A DNA stretch of 64,000 nt from Calcarisporiella thermophila CBS 279.70 (lineage: Eukaryota; Fungi; Calcarisporiellomycota), in NCBI RefSeq assembly GCF_041956535.1, contig NW_027192215.1:1-64000 (forward strand). Reading direction: 5' to 3'. The notes beneath the pieces were generated by a model. That model had not been told where the DNA came from. It worked only from the letters and a program-made list of their open reading frames with translations, and did not search any database. The first letter of the stretch is position 1. Every line of letters begins with the position of its first letter. Of this stretch, positions 36,268-47,458 are shown piece after piece. Position numbers and translations under genes: made by a program.

Positions 36268-36753
36268 ATGAAATCTACTTCCATTACTAGTTTGATTCTG
36301 TTGGCAATCATTGCCTGCACGCAGGTTCAAGGCGCACCACCTGTCTCTGGAAAAGAGACCCCGGGGAACAAGGCTTGGGCTACAGCTAGTGCAACCAGCA
36401 TCGAAAATTCAGAAACTGCGAGAGTTGAAGTGGGAAACACAACACTTCCCCCTCTATCAGAGTCATCCTCAGATGTTCACATTAAGGAACTCCCTGAACT
36501 TATTCGCAGTAGACTAGACCAGCTGAAAGAGGTTTTCTCTGAAAAAGAGATAATAGAGATTGGGAAGATGTTTAACGACAATAAACATTCTGGGAAAAAA
36601 GGCCAGCCTGCTGCTATTGCTACCGCTAGAGCCAAAAATGCGGCTGATATTGCAGGAACTGATGCTAATGCCATTGCTACTGCGGAAGCTACTGCTGTTG
36701 CCCCTTCCGATGTTTGCAATGAACTTGCGAAAAGGAAATTCAACTGCAAATAA
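36268..36753 (+). CDS. Small secreted Ala/Thr-rich protein of unknown function
   Basis: Signal peptide MKSTSITSLILLAIIACTQVQG. Three AxATAxA motifs and a C-terminal Cys pair. TATAAAA at about 36211. Confidence 0.72.
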   Translation: MKSTSITSLILLAIIACTQVQGAPPVSGKETPGNKAWATASATSIENSETARVEVGNTTLPPLSESSSDVHIKELPELIRSRLDQLKEVFSEKEIIEIGKMFNDNKHSGKKGQPAAIATARAKNAADIAGTDANAIATAEATAVAPSDVCNELAKRKFNCK

Positions 36754-37251
36754 TGCAGTTACACTCAACAAGCTCGATCTTTAATATAACTTTCCAAGTA
36801 GTACGCGCATAAAATATTATACACGTATAAAGTGAGCTTTATGTAAACAGTGTCTATATTAAGCTAAAGGCCTATATAAATCCATCTAAATAAATGAATA
36901 CACATCAATCTATCTCTCCAAGAATCCTGTATACTAATTGGTCGGATTACTTAATTTGACAACATTAATGTATTCTCTCAAGAAAATTCTTAGAGTTTTG
37001 CAACTTCGTGGCAGCTATTAAGGTTGATATGTTTTGTCTTGAAATTTGAGTTTAATTGTGATTTTAATATAATATATTTATGAGATTTTAATAATATTAA
37101 GAAAGACTTGTCAATTATCGGTCCGTATTCCTTTTTTATAGTATGTCAAGTGGATTCTCAGATTTGCAAATAAAGATTATAGTATAATATCTGACATTTA
37201 TTGTATGGTAGCATTAATTACATTGAAAATTTTGTAGAGGCATAAAAAAGG

Positions 37252-38157
37252 TCATTTCTTTCCGTATTTCTTCAGCAAAAAGTCGCTAAGCTTATCCCAT
37301 TTCCATTTGCTCTGCCCCGGATTGAGAACTTCATTATCATTCTCTGAATGATCAAGTGACCCATTTCCCATACAAATGCACAGGTTTTTCTCGAACGAGA
37401 AGTCGGCATTAGTGGCTCGCTCTTGATCTTTTACGGAGACGTATTTTCGTTCAATCTTATCGGAAATAGCCTTTTCAAATAAACTGCACGCTTCGTTGAG
37501 TGTAATATTATCACCAGTGATTACTAGCTCTCGATTTGCAAACTTTGTATGCTGCACAGATTCAGCAACGCAACGGCCTACATCCCGATATGACGTGAAA
37601 CTAACCTTTTGTTCACCATCCCCAACAATGGTCCATTGGCGCGAATCGGTATCAAATCCGAACCATGGACCAAAGCTTTCTTCCATGAAGAGGCCAATGA
37701 AAAAGGCAGTATATTCAATTTTACTCGCTTTTACATCCTCCAAGTGTGCATTCTTGTCATCCCATTCGGTATGTACTGGAATATTGTAACGCAATTTGCC
37801 TGGGCTATGATTCATTCCGAACTCACTTGGGAGATAGCGCTTTACACCAGTTGCTTTTGCTGCTTTCAAGATTTCAGATAATATTTTAGGTGCATCGACA
37901 CTTTTGAAGCCAAGCGTGTTGATCAATACATCGGTATTGGCCAGCGCATTTTGCAATGCATTCTGGTCATTATAATTTTTGATCTCGACAATAGTTGCGC
38001 CAAGCTTCTTCAGCGCCTTAGCTGCCTCAGACTGAGATGACCGTGTTAAAACGCGAACCTCTGAAAATGCTCCTGTGTCGAGAAGTCCTCGAACGATGGC
38101 AGAGCCTAAGCCACCAGTTCCACCAACAACAGTAATATTGCGATAATTGGTTGCCAT
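37252..38157 (-). CDS. Isoflavone-reductase/NmrA-like atypical SDR, copy A (301 aa)
   Basis: GGTGGLGSAIV, AAKATGVKRYLPSEFG, IVGDG.QKVSFTS.RDVG. Confidence 0.92.
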   Translation of the reverse strand: MATNYRNITVVGGTGGLGSAIVRGLLDTGAFSEVRVLTRSSQSEAAKALKKLGATIVEIKNYNDQNALQNALANTDVLINTLGFKSVDAPKILSEILKAAKATGVKRYLPSEFGMNHSPGKLRYNIPVHTEWDDKNAHLEDVKASKIEYTAFFIGLFMEESFGPWFGFDTDSRQWTIVGDGEQKVSFTSYRDVGRCVAESVQHTKFANRELVITGDNITLNEACSLFEKAISDKIERKYVSVKDQERATNADFSFEKNLCICMGNGSLDHSENDNEVLNPGQSKWKWDKLSDFLLKKYGKK

Positions 38158-39320
38158 TGCTAATATAAAGTAAACAGGAGAGAAAGATTCAAAAATCAAT
38201 TGTCCAAGCTTGCTTCAACTTTTTTTTGTCTCTGAGAATGCTCTTAAATACCATCATATATTAATAATGCAAGAATTAATAATGCATTACATTTGAAACA
38301 TCTAAATTTGCGAGGGTTATGGATTGTTAAGGGTATTGTAGAGTTCCAGATATAATATTCCGCAGAGATCACAACGTCTCTAATAAAATGCACCCATTAT
38401 TTTGATAGCAAAGTGTCATTAAGTCATTTCTGCAAAACTGAAAGATATAACCATCGTTATAACTACCGGTTTATAAAATAATTCAATATATAAATATATA
38501 ATTTTAAATTCAACTTCCTGCGAACTACTGATTTTTATCAATAACCTGGTCTTCTTGGCTTCTATTCTAGAAATAAGATGATTGCTTTTTTTCAAAAATA
38601 TCAACACTCCCACGCTCCTTATCTATTGCCTAGAGTGTAAAAACTCTTCGGAGCCAAGAAAAGACCCATGTTGTAGCTCCTATTACGTGGCAATTTGAAA
38701 TCTAATTGAGCCATTTTACTAATCCGGTTCAAACTGTAGATCTGGATTACCCCGCTTCAACCGTTTCTAAAACCGAATACTATTTTCTTTACGTTTAAGA
38801 GGTTCCAAGCAAGGTATATAGGATAGGTTTTCCGTCGCCAAACTCGACCATTTGAGCTTGCCCATGCTACATTTTAAAAAATTAAAAAGAAATATCATTA
38901 AAGAATTTCAGGATAGAATACTGTGGTAATCTTTTGTCAATTACTAGAGTGAATATTTTGAATTCTTTGATTTCGATACTGTAACGTTAACAATGTTCTC
39001 ATATTATGCTTATTAATAACATAAGTCGGCCTTAAATAAATTATATAAAATTTACTATATTGGGTACATGATGTAATCTTCGGATTGCCTATATAAATGA
39101 ACAATAGATATCTTGACATAATCGTAACTTACTCATTTTTATAATGGCAACCAATTATCGCAATATTACTGTTGTTGGTGGAACTGGTGGCTTAGGCTCT
39201 GCCATCGTTCGAGGACTTCTCGACACAGGAGCATTTTCAGAGGTTCGCGTTTTAACACGGTCATCTCAGTCTGAGGCAGCTAAGGCGCTGAAGAAGCTTG
39301 GCGCAACTATTGTCGAGATC
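37981..39320. repeat. Perfect 178-bp inverted repeat (37981-38158 and 39143-39320) with a 984-bp spacer
   Basis: By eye, the reverse complement of 37981-38158 equals 39143-39320 base for base. A second identical 54-bp inverted tract lies at 37615-37668 and 39633-39686. Confidence 0.92.
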
Positions 39321-40049
39321 GAGAACTACTTTAAGCAAGAAGATTTGAAGAGCGCATTGGCGTATTCCGATGTGGTGATCAATACTTTTGGATACAACAG
39401 AGAAGATACACTCAAGGTTGCAAATGAAATTTTGAGAGCTGCAAAGGCAGCTGGAGTGAAGCGCTATATACCAAATGAATTTGGTACTGACCCCCGCCCT
39501 GGGAAATTGCGCTACCAAAATTCGGCGCATCATGAATTGCACGACAAAGAAAAGCATCTCAATTTAGTTAAGGAGAGTGGAATTGAGTATACTACATTCT
39601 ATGTTGGCTTCTTCATGGAGGGGACCTTCGGCCCATGGTTCGGATTTGATACCGATTCGCGCCAATGGACCATTGTTGGGGATGGTAAGCAAAAAGTGAG
39701 TTTCACCTCGCACCGTGACATAGGTCGTTGCGTTGCGGAATCTGTAAAGCATATAAAGTTTGCAAACCGAGAGCTTTCTATCGGAGGCGACACTATTACA
39801 CTTGACGAGGCATGCAGCTATTTTGAGAATGCTATCGCCGATAAAATCGAGCGAAAATACGTCTCCGTGAAAGAGCAGGAGCAAAGTATCGATGAGAGCT
39901 TTTCATTTGAGAAAATGCTATGTTTATTCGCCGGAGACGGGTCGCTCGATCACTGGAAGAATGATAATGAAGAGCTCAATTCGGGAGAGAGCAAATGGAA
40001 ATGGGACAGGCTAATTGATTTTGTTACAAAGTTATATGGACAGGCATAG
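39144..40049 (+). CDS. Isoflavone-reductase/NmrA-like atypical SDR, copy B (301 aa)
   Basis: GGTGGLGSAIV, AAKAAGVKRYIPNEFG. Head-to-head paralog of copy A. Confidence 0.92.
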   Translation: MATNYRNITVVGGTGGLGSAIVRGLLDTGAFSEVRVLTRSSQSEAAKALKKLGATIVEIENYFKQEDLKSALAYSDVVINTFGYNREDTLKVANEILRAAKAAGVKRYIPNEFGTDPRPGKLRYQNSAHHELHDKEKHLNLVKESGIEYTTFYVGFFMEGTFGPWFGFDTDSRQWTIVGDGKQKVSFTSHRDIGRCVAESVKHIKFANRELSIGGDTITLDEACSYFENAIADKIERKYVSVKEQEQSIDESFSFEKMLCLFAGDGSLDHWKNDNEELNSGESKWKWDRLIDFVTKLYGQA

Positions 40050-40311
40050 CCAACATCGCTGGCTCTTTTTTCGCACTCTCCTTTTTGATATACCTATATT
40101 TATTCTTATTTTCGACATGCTAGAGACGTTTCTATTGAATATTTTGTTTATTTTCGGCAAATAATAGAACATGTGATTAGCACTTTGTCCTATCAATCCG
40201 ATCAATATACCTTTCAAATAATTTAAAATTTCCTAAAGGTCTAAGCAGTTTGAACCCAATAAGTCGAGTTTGCCATTTCGTTCCCCACACTAATTGCGGT
40301 TTAATTTAATA

Positions 40312-40815
40312 ATGACACTGCCTACCATCGATCAACTCAATACTCTTCCTATTGAGGATTTCACACGAACCACTTCGCTTCTTTTTGAACCTACGCCTAC
40401 GCTTGCAAATCATCTTTTCGCTCGCCGTCCGTACTCCTCTTACGATGTTTTTCTAAATACCGCAACGGAATTGACCAAAAATCTACCTTTTGATGACCGT
40501 CTGGAAATAATTAATGCACATCCTCGCATAGGTGCTGCAAAACAAGGTCTCTCTGCACTTTCCAAAAAGGAACAGTCAACTGGTGGTGATGATCCGGCTA
40601 CCAATGCTAAACTTCATGATCTGAATGATTTGTATGAGCAAAAGTTCGGCTTCCGATTTGTGGTTTTTGTAGCGGGCAGAGCGCGTAAAGAAATAATACC
40701 CGTGTTGGAGGAAAGACTAAAGAATACTCGGGATGAGGAATTAAATAAAGGACTGGAGGAAATGATGGCGATAGCATGGGACAGGCTTAAAAAACTAACA
40801 GCTGAATCGGAATGA
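40312..40815 (+). CDS. uraD: OHCU decarboxylase (urate catabolism)
   Basis: LFEPTP.LA, RPY.SY, INAHPRIG, LS.LS.KEQ, LN.LYE.KFGFRFVVFV.GR and M..IA.DRL. Confidence 0.9.
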   Translation: MTLPTIDQLNTLPIEDFTRTTSLLFEPTPTLANHLFARRPYSSYDVFLNTATELTKNLPFDDRLEIINAHPRIGAAKQGLSALSKKEQSTGGDDPATNAKLHDLNDLYEQKFGFRFVVFVAGRARKEIIPVLEERLKNTRDEELNKGLEEMMAIAWDRLKKLTAESE

Positions 40816-40970
40816 ATTGAGGTTCAAAATACCTTATCCATTTCAGCAAAATAAAGAATGTTTTATATATTATGAAATCAAATTTATGATAATACAAAGA
40901 GCACAAGACACGTAGTAAATTATGAGTTTTCTCTATAAGAATATTTCATCAATCCCTCCAAAAAAATTGC

Positions 40971-43122
40971 TTATTCACTCTTACCGCTGTTATCCAACCC
41001 GTTGTAAGGTATAGTGATCATGAGTGGCACCGAGTCACTCCGAAGGCGTGAATGGAAAAAGTTAAGCGAATCTACCACCTTATCTATATTCCCGCTTGTT
41101 TCTTCCATTGCACCGTCTACCCTCTTTCCAGCTAGCGTCGCATGATCCCCTCTCCGTTTCCGAATAAGCTTCCATAGTAATGGCGCAGCAATAAGAGTGA
41201 GGGAGGTCACTGCAATCAGCAGATAATAGACTTCTCGCGTGATCACGCCCAGCTGTTTTGCCCGTGATGCCAACACAAATCCGAATTCGCTGATCTGAGC
41301 AAGCCCAATCGCCATAGTGGACGATTGCTGTAGCTCAAACCGGAAGAGGACAAGCACGATTGAGGTAATCATGTATTTGAAACCAATTACCGCTGCAGTC
41401 AAGGTAATAAGCAGTAAACTGGTGTCAACAAGGAAAGATGGGTATACATGCAGTCCTATGGATGCAAAGAAAAGACACGCAAATACGTCGCGTACGGGCT
41501 CCATCATTGATACTGCCACCTCGAAATTGGCACGGCGAGAGCGGAGAATGACACCTGCAACAAAGCATCCAAGCTCCATCCCCACTCCCAAAAGCTCTGA
41601 GATGAGCAACATCGTGAGGCATAGACACAAGTATCCAAGTAACAGGAGCTCGTGGCTTGCATGCAAGCGCTTGAATAATTTTGATACCATAAATAGGCGG
41701 TAGAGAAGATAGCTGACTGCTCCGAAGACCAAGATGGACCCAGCTAGCTTGCCAATGGCAAGAAAGATAGCGAGCCCAGGTTTGGAGAGAGCCGGAGTCA
41801 CTGCCTAAATCAATTAACATTTTCAGTGGTTTCGATATATATATATATATAGTAGGAAATAAGGAGTTACCAGCATTAGCCCCAGCAAAACATCCTGCAT
41901 TACAAGCAAGCCATAGAGCGGTTCCAAATCATCTGCTCGTACCGATTTGACTACCACGGCAGTGCTTGAGAGGGATATACATGCTCCTACGAATACTGCC
42001 TCCTTTAAGCTTGAACCAAGTATCATTCCACCGATGACAAAGCAGGCAATACTGAGAAAGAGAATTAGCAGAGCACCCCCAAGGGCAATGCGCCACATAG
42101 CTCGGATTTTATCAAAGGAGAACTCGAGGCCCAGTACAAATACAATGAGAATAACACCAAGCTGCGCCAGAGATTCCACTTGAATAATCTCTTTGATGAC
42201 ATTGAAGCCAGCGGGTCCAAGAATGCAGCCAGAGAGAATATAACCAAAAAACGCTATAAGTCATGATAGAAAAAGAACAATACACCGAGATGTACCGAAA
42301 TTTACTCGTTATGAAATAATATCGATTAAAGAGAGCCACAACACTGTCATTACCTGGCAACCCAATGGAATGAAACAAACACCCCAGGAAAAAACTCACG
42401 ATAAATATTAAAATTAAATCATGAAGGAAGCGTATATCTATTTGGCACATATTCAGATGACATCATAATAAGCGTATGGATAACCCTATCGAATTGATAG
42501 AACTATAATACCTTCATATATAACAGTGGTATCAAAAGGTCGAGTCAGAATATATTGGTTATTCTCCTGGTCTATAAGTGTTACTACTTTTTTAAGCTTT
42601 TCCTCATCTGTCTCTTCCCTTCGTTTCCCACCCTCAATCCCTTTTTCTGCCTCACTTTCATCAGCATCTTCAGCTTCGTCATCATCAGTAATTTTTACCA
42701 CAGTTTCAAGGACTGGCGAATGAGGACTAGGCAAATGATTGTTTCTCCTCAAATCGTTTTCTAAGCGATCCGCATTATGCCTCACCTCCTCGAGAACATC
42801 AACAACGATGTCGGCGGCAATATTATGGTCTTCAATTGAGGCATCTGATGATGGTGATGGTGTAAGGGTCTGTGGGTTTTCAGGAAGGGGGCTGCGTTTA
42901 TTAAATCGAACAAATTTAACATTTGCAGAATTCTGTTCCAAAATAAAAGTGCGAAATGGAATTAGTTATTTAATAAACTAAGGAGTTTTATATTCAAACA
43001 TAATAGCCAATAGAGAGAGCATAATGTGCAAAGCTTACTGTATCCAATATACTCTCGGACACTACGGTACTGCATAGGGCAGAGAACAGACACAATCCTA
43101 GAAGCCATGATCTATGGAGCAT
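40971..43122 (-). CDS. CPA2-family K+/H+ antiporter (KEA/TMCO3-like), multi-exon
   Basis: Signal-peptide exon MLHRSWLLGLCLFSALC. Motifs LAQLGVILIVFVLGLEFS, SLSSTAVVVK, LVMQDVLLG, ELGCFVAG, EPVRDVFACLFFASIG and LAQISEFGFVLAS. Confidence 0.88.
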
Positions 43123-43537
43123 TTAGGGAACAATTGGACAGCGGCTCTAAAATTAAGGAACTGGAGGGATGAATAAAAAGGGAACAAAAGCAGATTATAA
43201 AGGAAGGAAGAATAACTATCTAAGTGTCTAGATATGAAGTGTTAAAATGATGACAAGAGGAGGTAGCCTAGAGAATCCTATGCTATTTTAATTTCTAGTC
43301 ACACAATTTGCCTTATATTTGCATATGCCTTTCGATCGATTTTTAATAATGTTTTTCCCCTGAAACTCCTGGTTTTCCTTTTTACTCTTGCCCCTGAGAA
43401 TTTTTTTTTTTTCTCTTTAGGCCCTTGAAATATCTAGTTTATATATTGAGTATACGAACATGGTGTGTCTTAATTATTTTTCATTAAAGCCTCCCGAAAA
43501 CTTTTCCCTCTTCTCCATTCCCTCCTTGCTATACATT

Positions 43538-44412
43538 ATGAGACTGCTACTACTTGGCGTAATAGCCTTTTTCGCAACCACTGCTTGCGCGTTCGACCTT
43601 AATCTATGGCTGGCATTGTTAAGGTCACAGCTGACGCTTTTGAATCAACAGGTTTTTCAAGACCGTAGAATACCTGTCGATCTCTTTGTCATGTCAAAAT
43701 GTCCCGATGCTGCGTTGTGTGAGGCAACTTTCTCTAAAGTCATAGAGAGTTCGGATGTTCCGGTAGAGCTTAATCTGCGTTATATCGCGGTGCCCGACGA
43801 AAGCAGGCCATTCGGGGGCGCGTGGTATTTGACATGTTAATTTTGTTGGTATGCACACACCTGCTGGGGCTGAATAAATATTTTCAATCTTAGCTTACAC
43901 GGAGACACAGAGTGTCTGGGCAATATACAAGAGCTGTGCTTTCACGATTCGTGTCCTAAAGCCAACTGGCTTAATTTTGTTAGGTGCATGGTAGTTAGAT
44001 ATGTCTTCTTGTGTGTGCTATCTTGAATAGTCTAGGGTTGACTCTATTCAATTGATCTTAGAATGAGCAGCGTGAATTAATCGGCACGACAGACGAGATT
44101 CCACGCAATTGCTGTAAACCATTCCTTATAGCTTGTTTTACTCCTAATACTTACTTTATATATTTTCCGCTAGCTGAGAGAATGGGTTATTCTTATGGAC
44201 CTGTCCGCGATTGCACTCTCTCTCCACGTGGAAAGGAACTCTTCAAAAAATCCATGCAATTCGTCATTGATAAAGGAGTCCGCTATTCATGCACCGTATT
44301 CATCGACAACGAGTATGACTGCATGGTTGATTCTGGCAAATGGCAAAATTGTCGTGGAGGTTCCACAGTACAAGACTTTGTAGACCGGATTCGCAGAGCT
44401 GCAAGAAAATAA
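43538..44412 (+). CDS. GILT-like (gamma-interferon-inducible lysosomal thiol reductase) protein, multi-exon
   Basis: Signal peptide; VDLFVMSKCPDA; spliced CLHGDTECLGNIQELC; C...GKELF..S and SCTVFID. Confidence 0.82.
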
Positions 44413-44719
44413 GCCCCTGCATATGTTGCTCTATCTGTTGAGCCCTTATTCTCACTCAGACTCCAATTTATATTGTGTATATGTAGATTTATTATCAGCT
44501 TATATAGAATAAATAAGAAAAAACATCTCATATCTAGAAGATAAGGATTTGCCTTCATCTTTCGTTAATATACACATCGATAACAAATGAAAAAAAAAAA
44601 TGAGGGGGGGGATCATGTAGAATATAGTGGAAAAAACAAGAGGAAATAAAGAAAAAGGTATAAAAAAGTGTGAGAAATCTAGCCCGCAATCTCTCCAGTG
44701 CCAAAATATCCAATACGAG

Positions 44720-44947
44720 TTACTGATAATGGTAGTGGTATGGTACTCCGGCATGATGTGGTGGTGCCATCTGCGGTGCATTAGGAGCACCAGTTTGGTG
44801 CCCATTCACTGACTGGTAAATTGGACTGCGATCGTAATCGTTGGCTCCAAAGGTAGAATGAATGCGTTCAAACCGGCTGAATCGTACATTCTTCGCCTGG
44901 CATGGCTGCTTTGACTTATCGAGCCGCTGAGGAAGATAGCCCGACAT
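44720..44947 (-). CDS. 75-aa protein with a spinophilin/Bni4-type PP1-docking motif
   Basis: KNVRFSRFERIHSTFGANDYDRSP matches RVxF...T(Y/F)xxxxYDR. An in-frame TGA lies immediately before the ATG. Confidence 0.55.
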   Translation of the reverse strand: MSGYLPQRLDKSKQPCQAKNVRFSRFERIHSTFGANDYDRSPIYQSVNGHQTGAPNAPQMAPPHHAGVPYHYHYQ

Positions 44948-46096
44948 TCACTTGAGTTGAATTTCAAACTCTAACAAGACAAAAATGGAACGGAAAAAAA
45001 AATCAATGACTACTAAACATCAGCAAAGGATGAGCGAAATTTACAACTATGGAAAATAATGCACCGGATAAGGAATGGAAGGTATTGATGATAAGTACTT
45101 TATAATATACTCGAATATCTAATTTCCTTTGCACTTCGAACTGGAATGATGAAAGGAATAGAAGAGTATTATAGAGAATATAATACAATTCGAGATAAAG
45201 CAAAAAGATGCAAAGGTGGAAAAAGGAGGGCAAAAGCAAGCGTATTCAACCGTCTAATGTATAGTGAGATTCATCGTGAAGAGTTTTCTTTACAGAGAGA
45301 AATTTGAGAAAATTAGAAACAAAAAAATGGTAAACTTTGATAAAGTCAAGAAATTGGGATGTGTTTATATAAAACCGATGATGTCAGACGCAAATTGCTT
45401 ATAGAATAAATCTGAAAATTTTGTCCTCCCAAGAGCTTATTCGAAAGAGGGTTTTTTGATTCTTGTATCTAGTGAGCTACATTTTTCACCCTCTTCACAT
45501 TATCCGCCTTCCTGTCCTCGACCGCACCAGCACAGCCGGTTGAACAGGATCGATTGCTTGTGATCATTCCTCACACTACGCATCTTTATCTCTTTTGATT
45601 TAGCATAGTGGGGGAGATGGAGGGGAAAGACCACGGACAAAAATGGCTTGGCATCTAACTTTTAATTCTTCTGGAATTTCGTTATAATTGTATTTTAGAT
45701 TGCGGGATTTTTCCAGGGAATAATCGACCTGCTTAGGGACCACAGCCATAAATTTGATAACGGATCCTTGGACAAGGCTGTACACGCTGAGCCTTGCAAG
45801 GATAAAAGCAGGCGGAAATAAAAGAGCTGAAAAAAAAGAAAACGTTTTAGTATAAAAAAAAATGAATGCTTCCATAAAACAAAACTGCACCGTTTGTCAG
45901 GCAAAGCAAAACAAACAAACAATGTCTTGTTTTATTAATTAAATACATGCATGTTCCTATATTGATCTGAAACAATTTCGAATCACCTTTGTAACACTGG
46001 ACACACGTCCCTCTCTTTCGTTTTCTTTCTCCTTTTTCTCAATATCGCTTAACCCACACCCGCATTCCAAAGCTCATATAGAACACATCTCGGAGT

Positions 46097-46454
46097 ATGA
46101 CAGCTACGCGAAGAAAACCTGCTATGAACCATGTTTCCGAGAGCAAGTTACGCAAGATGCAGGAGCATATTCAACGGCTGCGAGAATATCACGAGTTACC
46201 ACGGATTCGAGTGTCAGAGGCAAGTGAATCGTAAGTAGAATGCCAATAGTATCCGCGAGAGCTTTAATCCTCGTCACTATTGGTATAAAATGAAACCATG
46301 AGATGTGAGGACTGACATATGATTTATATACAGACTAATAAAGTACTGCAGTTCAACACGCGACCCTCTTGTACCTTCAGTTTGGGGACCACTGGGCCGA
46401 GGCGAGGATCCATTCGTGCCACAGGCTGCTATCGGGTGTTGTGTAGTCACTTGA
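46097..46454 (+). CDS. Heterotrimeric G-protein gamma subunit (Ste18/Gpg1-like), 2 exons; absent from the ORF track
   Basis: Intron 46231-46333. Product MTATRRKPAMNHVSESKLRKMQEHIQRLREYHELPRIRVSEASESLIKYCSSTRDPLVPSVWGPLGRGEDPFVPQAAIGCCVVT has a GGL domain and a CCaaX end. Confidence 0.93.
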
Positions 46455-47458
46455 CAATCGTTATTTCATTATTTACTCGGGTTTATTTTCAAATTCTGTA
46501 ATTTTGCCCCTTCCTTTTCACGCATTTTCCGATTTTCTCCAATACTTCTTAAGATCCAGCAATCTCATCGTTTGATTACGCTACCTTCTTCATAACATAC
46601 CATCTTGATATTTGCAATTTTCACTTGACAGAATAAACATGTCTGGTTTGTAAAATTTCAAACCATTGGCATTCGAAAACGCTCCATAATCAACATGATT
46701 GAGTCGAGATTCACTTATCAGTATATGCATTTATTATTTTGCGAGTTCTGCCATGAAAACAATATTATCTTGCTGGTTGAAACTAAGTTATAGTTAGGTT
46801 ATTTATTTAACTGATATATTGATCCCTTTTCATCATATTTAATAGACACACGCTCCATTACGGCTGGTTTTACCTAACGTATATCAGAAAGATATTATCA
46901 ATATTAAAACATGGTTGTTATTGAGCTAGAAATTTTTTATATACATAGCGATCAGAAGAGAAAATAATCACATGGACTGTCGGAGTATGGAAAAGTGGCT
47001 TGGTTTCATGACGTAATCTTGAATCGTAATTTTTTTCTATTTTTCTTTTTACATTTACACCAACAGAGTCACTTTTAATCTTTTCATCATCCTTGTCTCT
47101 TTCTGTGGCCCGAGCATTCGGACCTACATTAATGAATTTGTTTGCTCTGAATTATAACGATTGAAATTTTACAATTTTTGTGATTCACCAACGTCTTTTT
47201 CATTTTATGAATTTCTTTTATTTTACAAATCAGATCCGGATCTAATATATTTACGATTTGCCATAACTTTTCACTTTCTATTTATCGTGTATATAAAATC
47301 TAAAAAAAAGGATATTAATAACATACTATATATACTCCATATTAACCTTTATTTCTCCCTTCACGTCTATTCTTAATCATATTTCACGCCTCCCACTCAT
47401 TCTTGTCACTAACCTTTCACAAAATCATTTCTCTTCATTCATCCAAAGCATTTTTTAC

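Noticed and set aside
1-40049. Secondary-metabolite biosynthetic cluster
   Set aside because: Tailoring-type enzymes and TFs are present, but no PKS, NRPS or terpene synthase lies in the window.
45600-45890. 96-aa minus-strand ORF upstream of the PP1-motif ORF
   Set aside because: No domain, partly low-complexity, and it cannot be spliced in frame to 44947 because of the adjacent stop. It may be a uORF or leader sequence.
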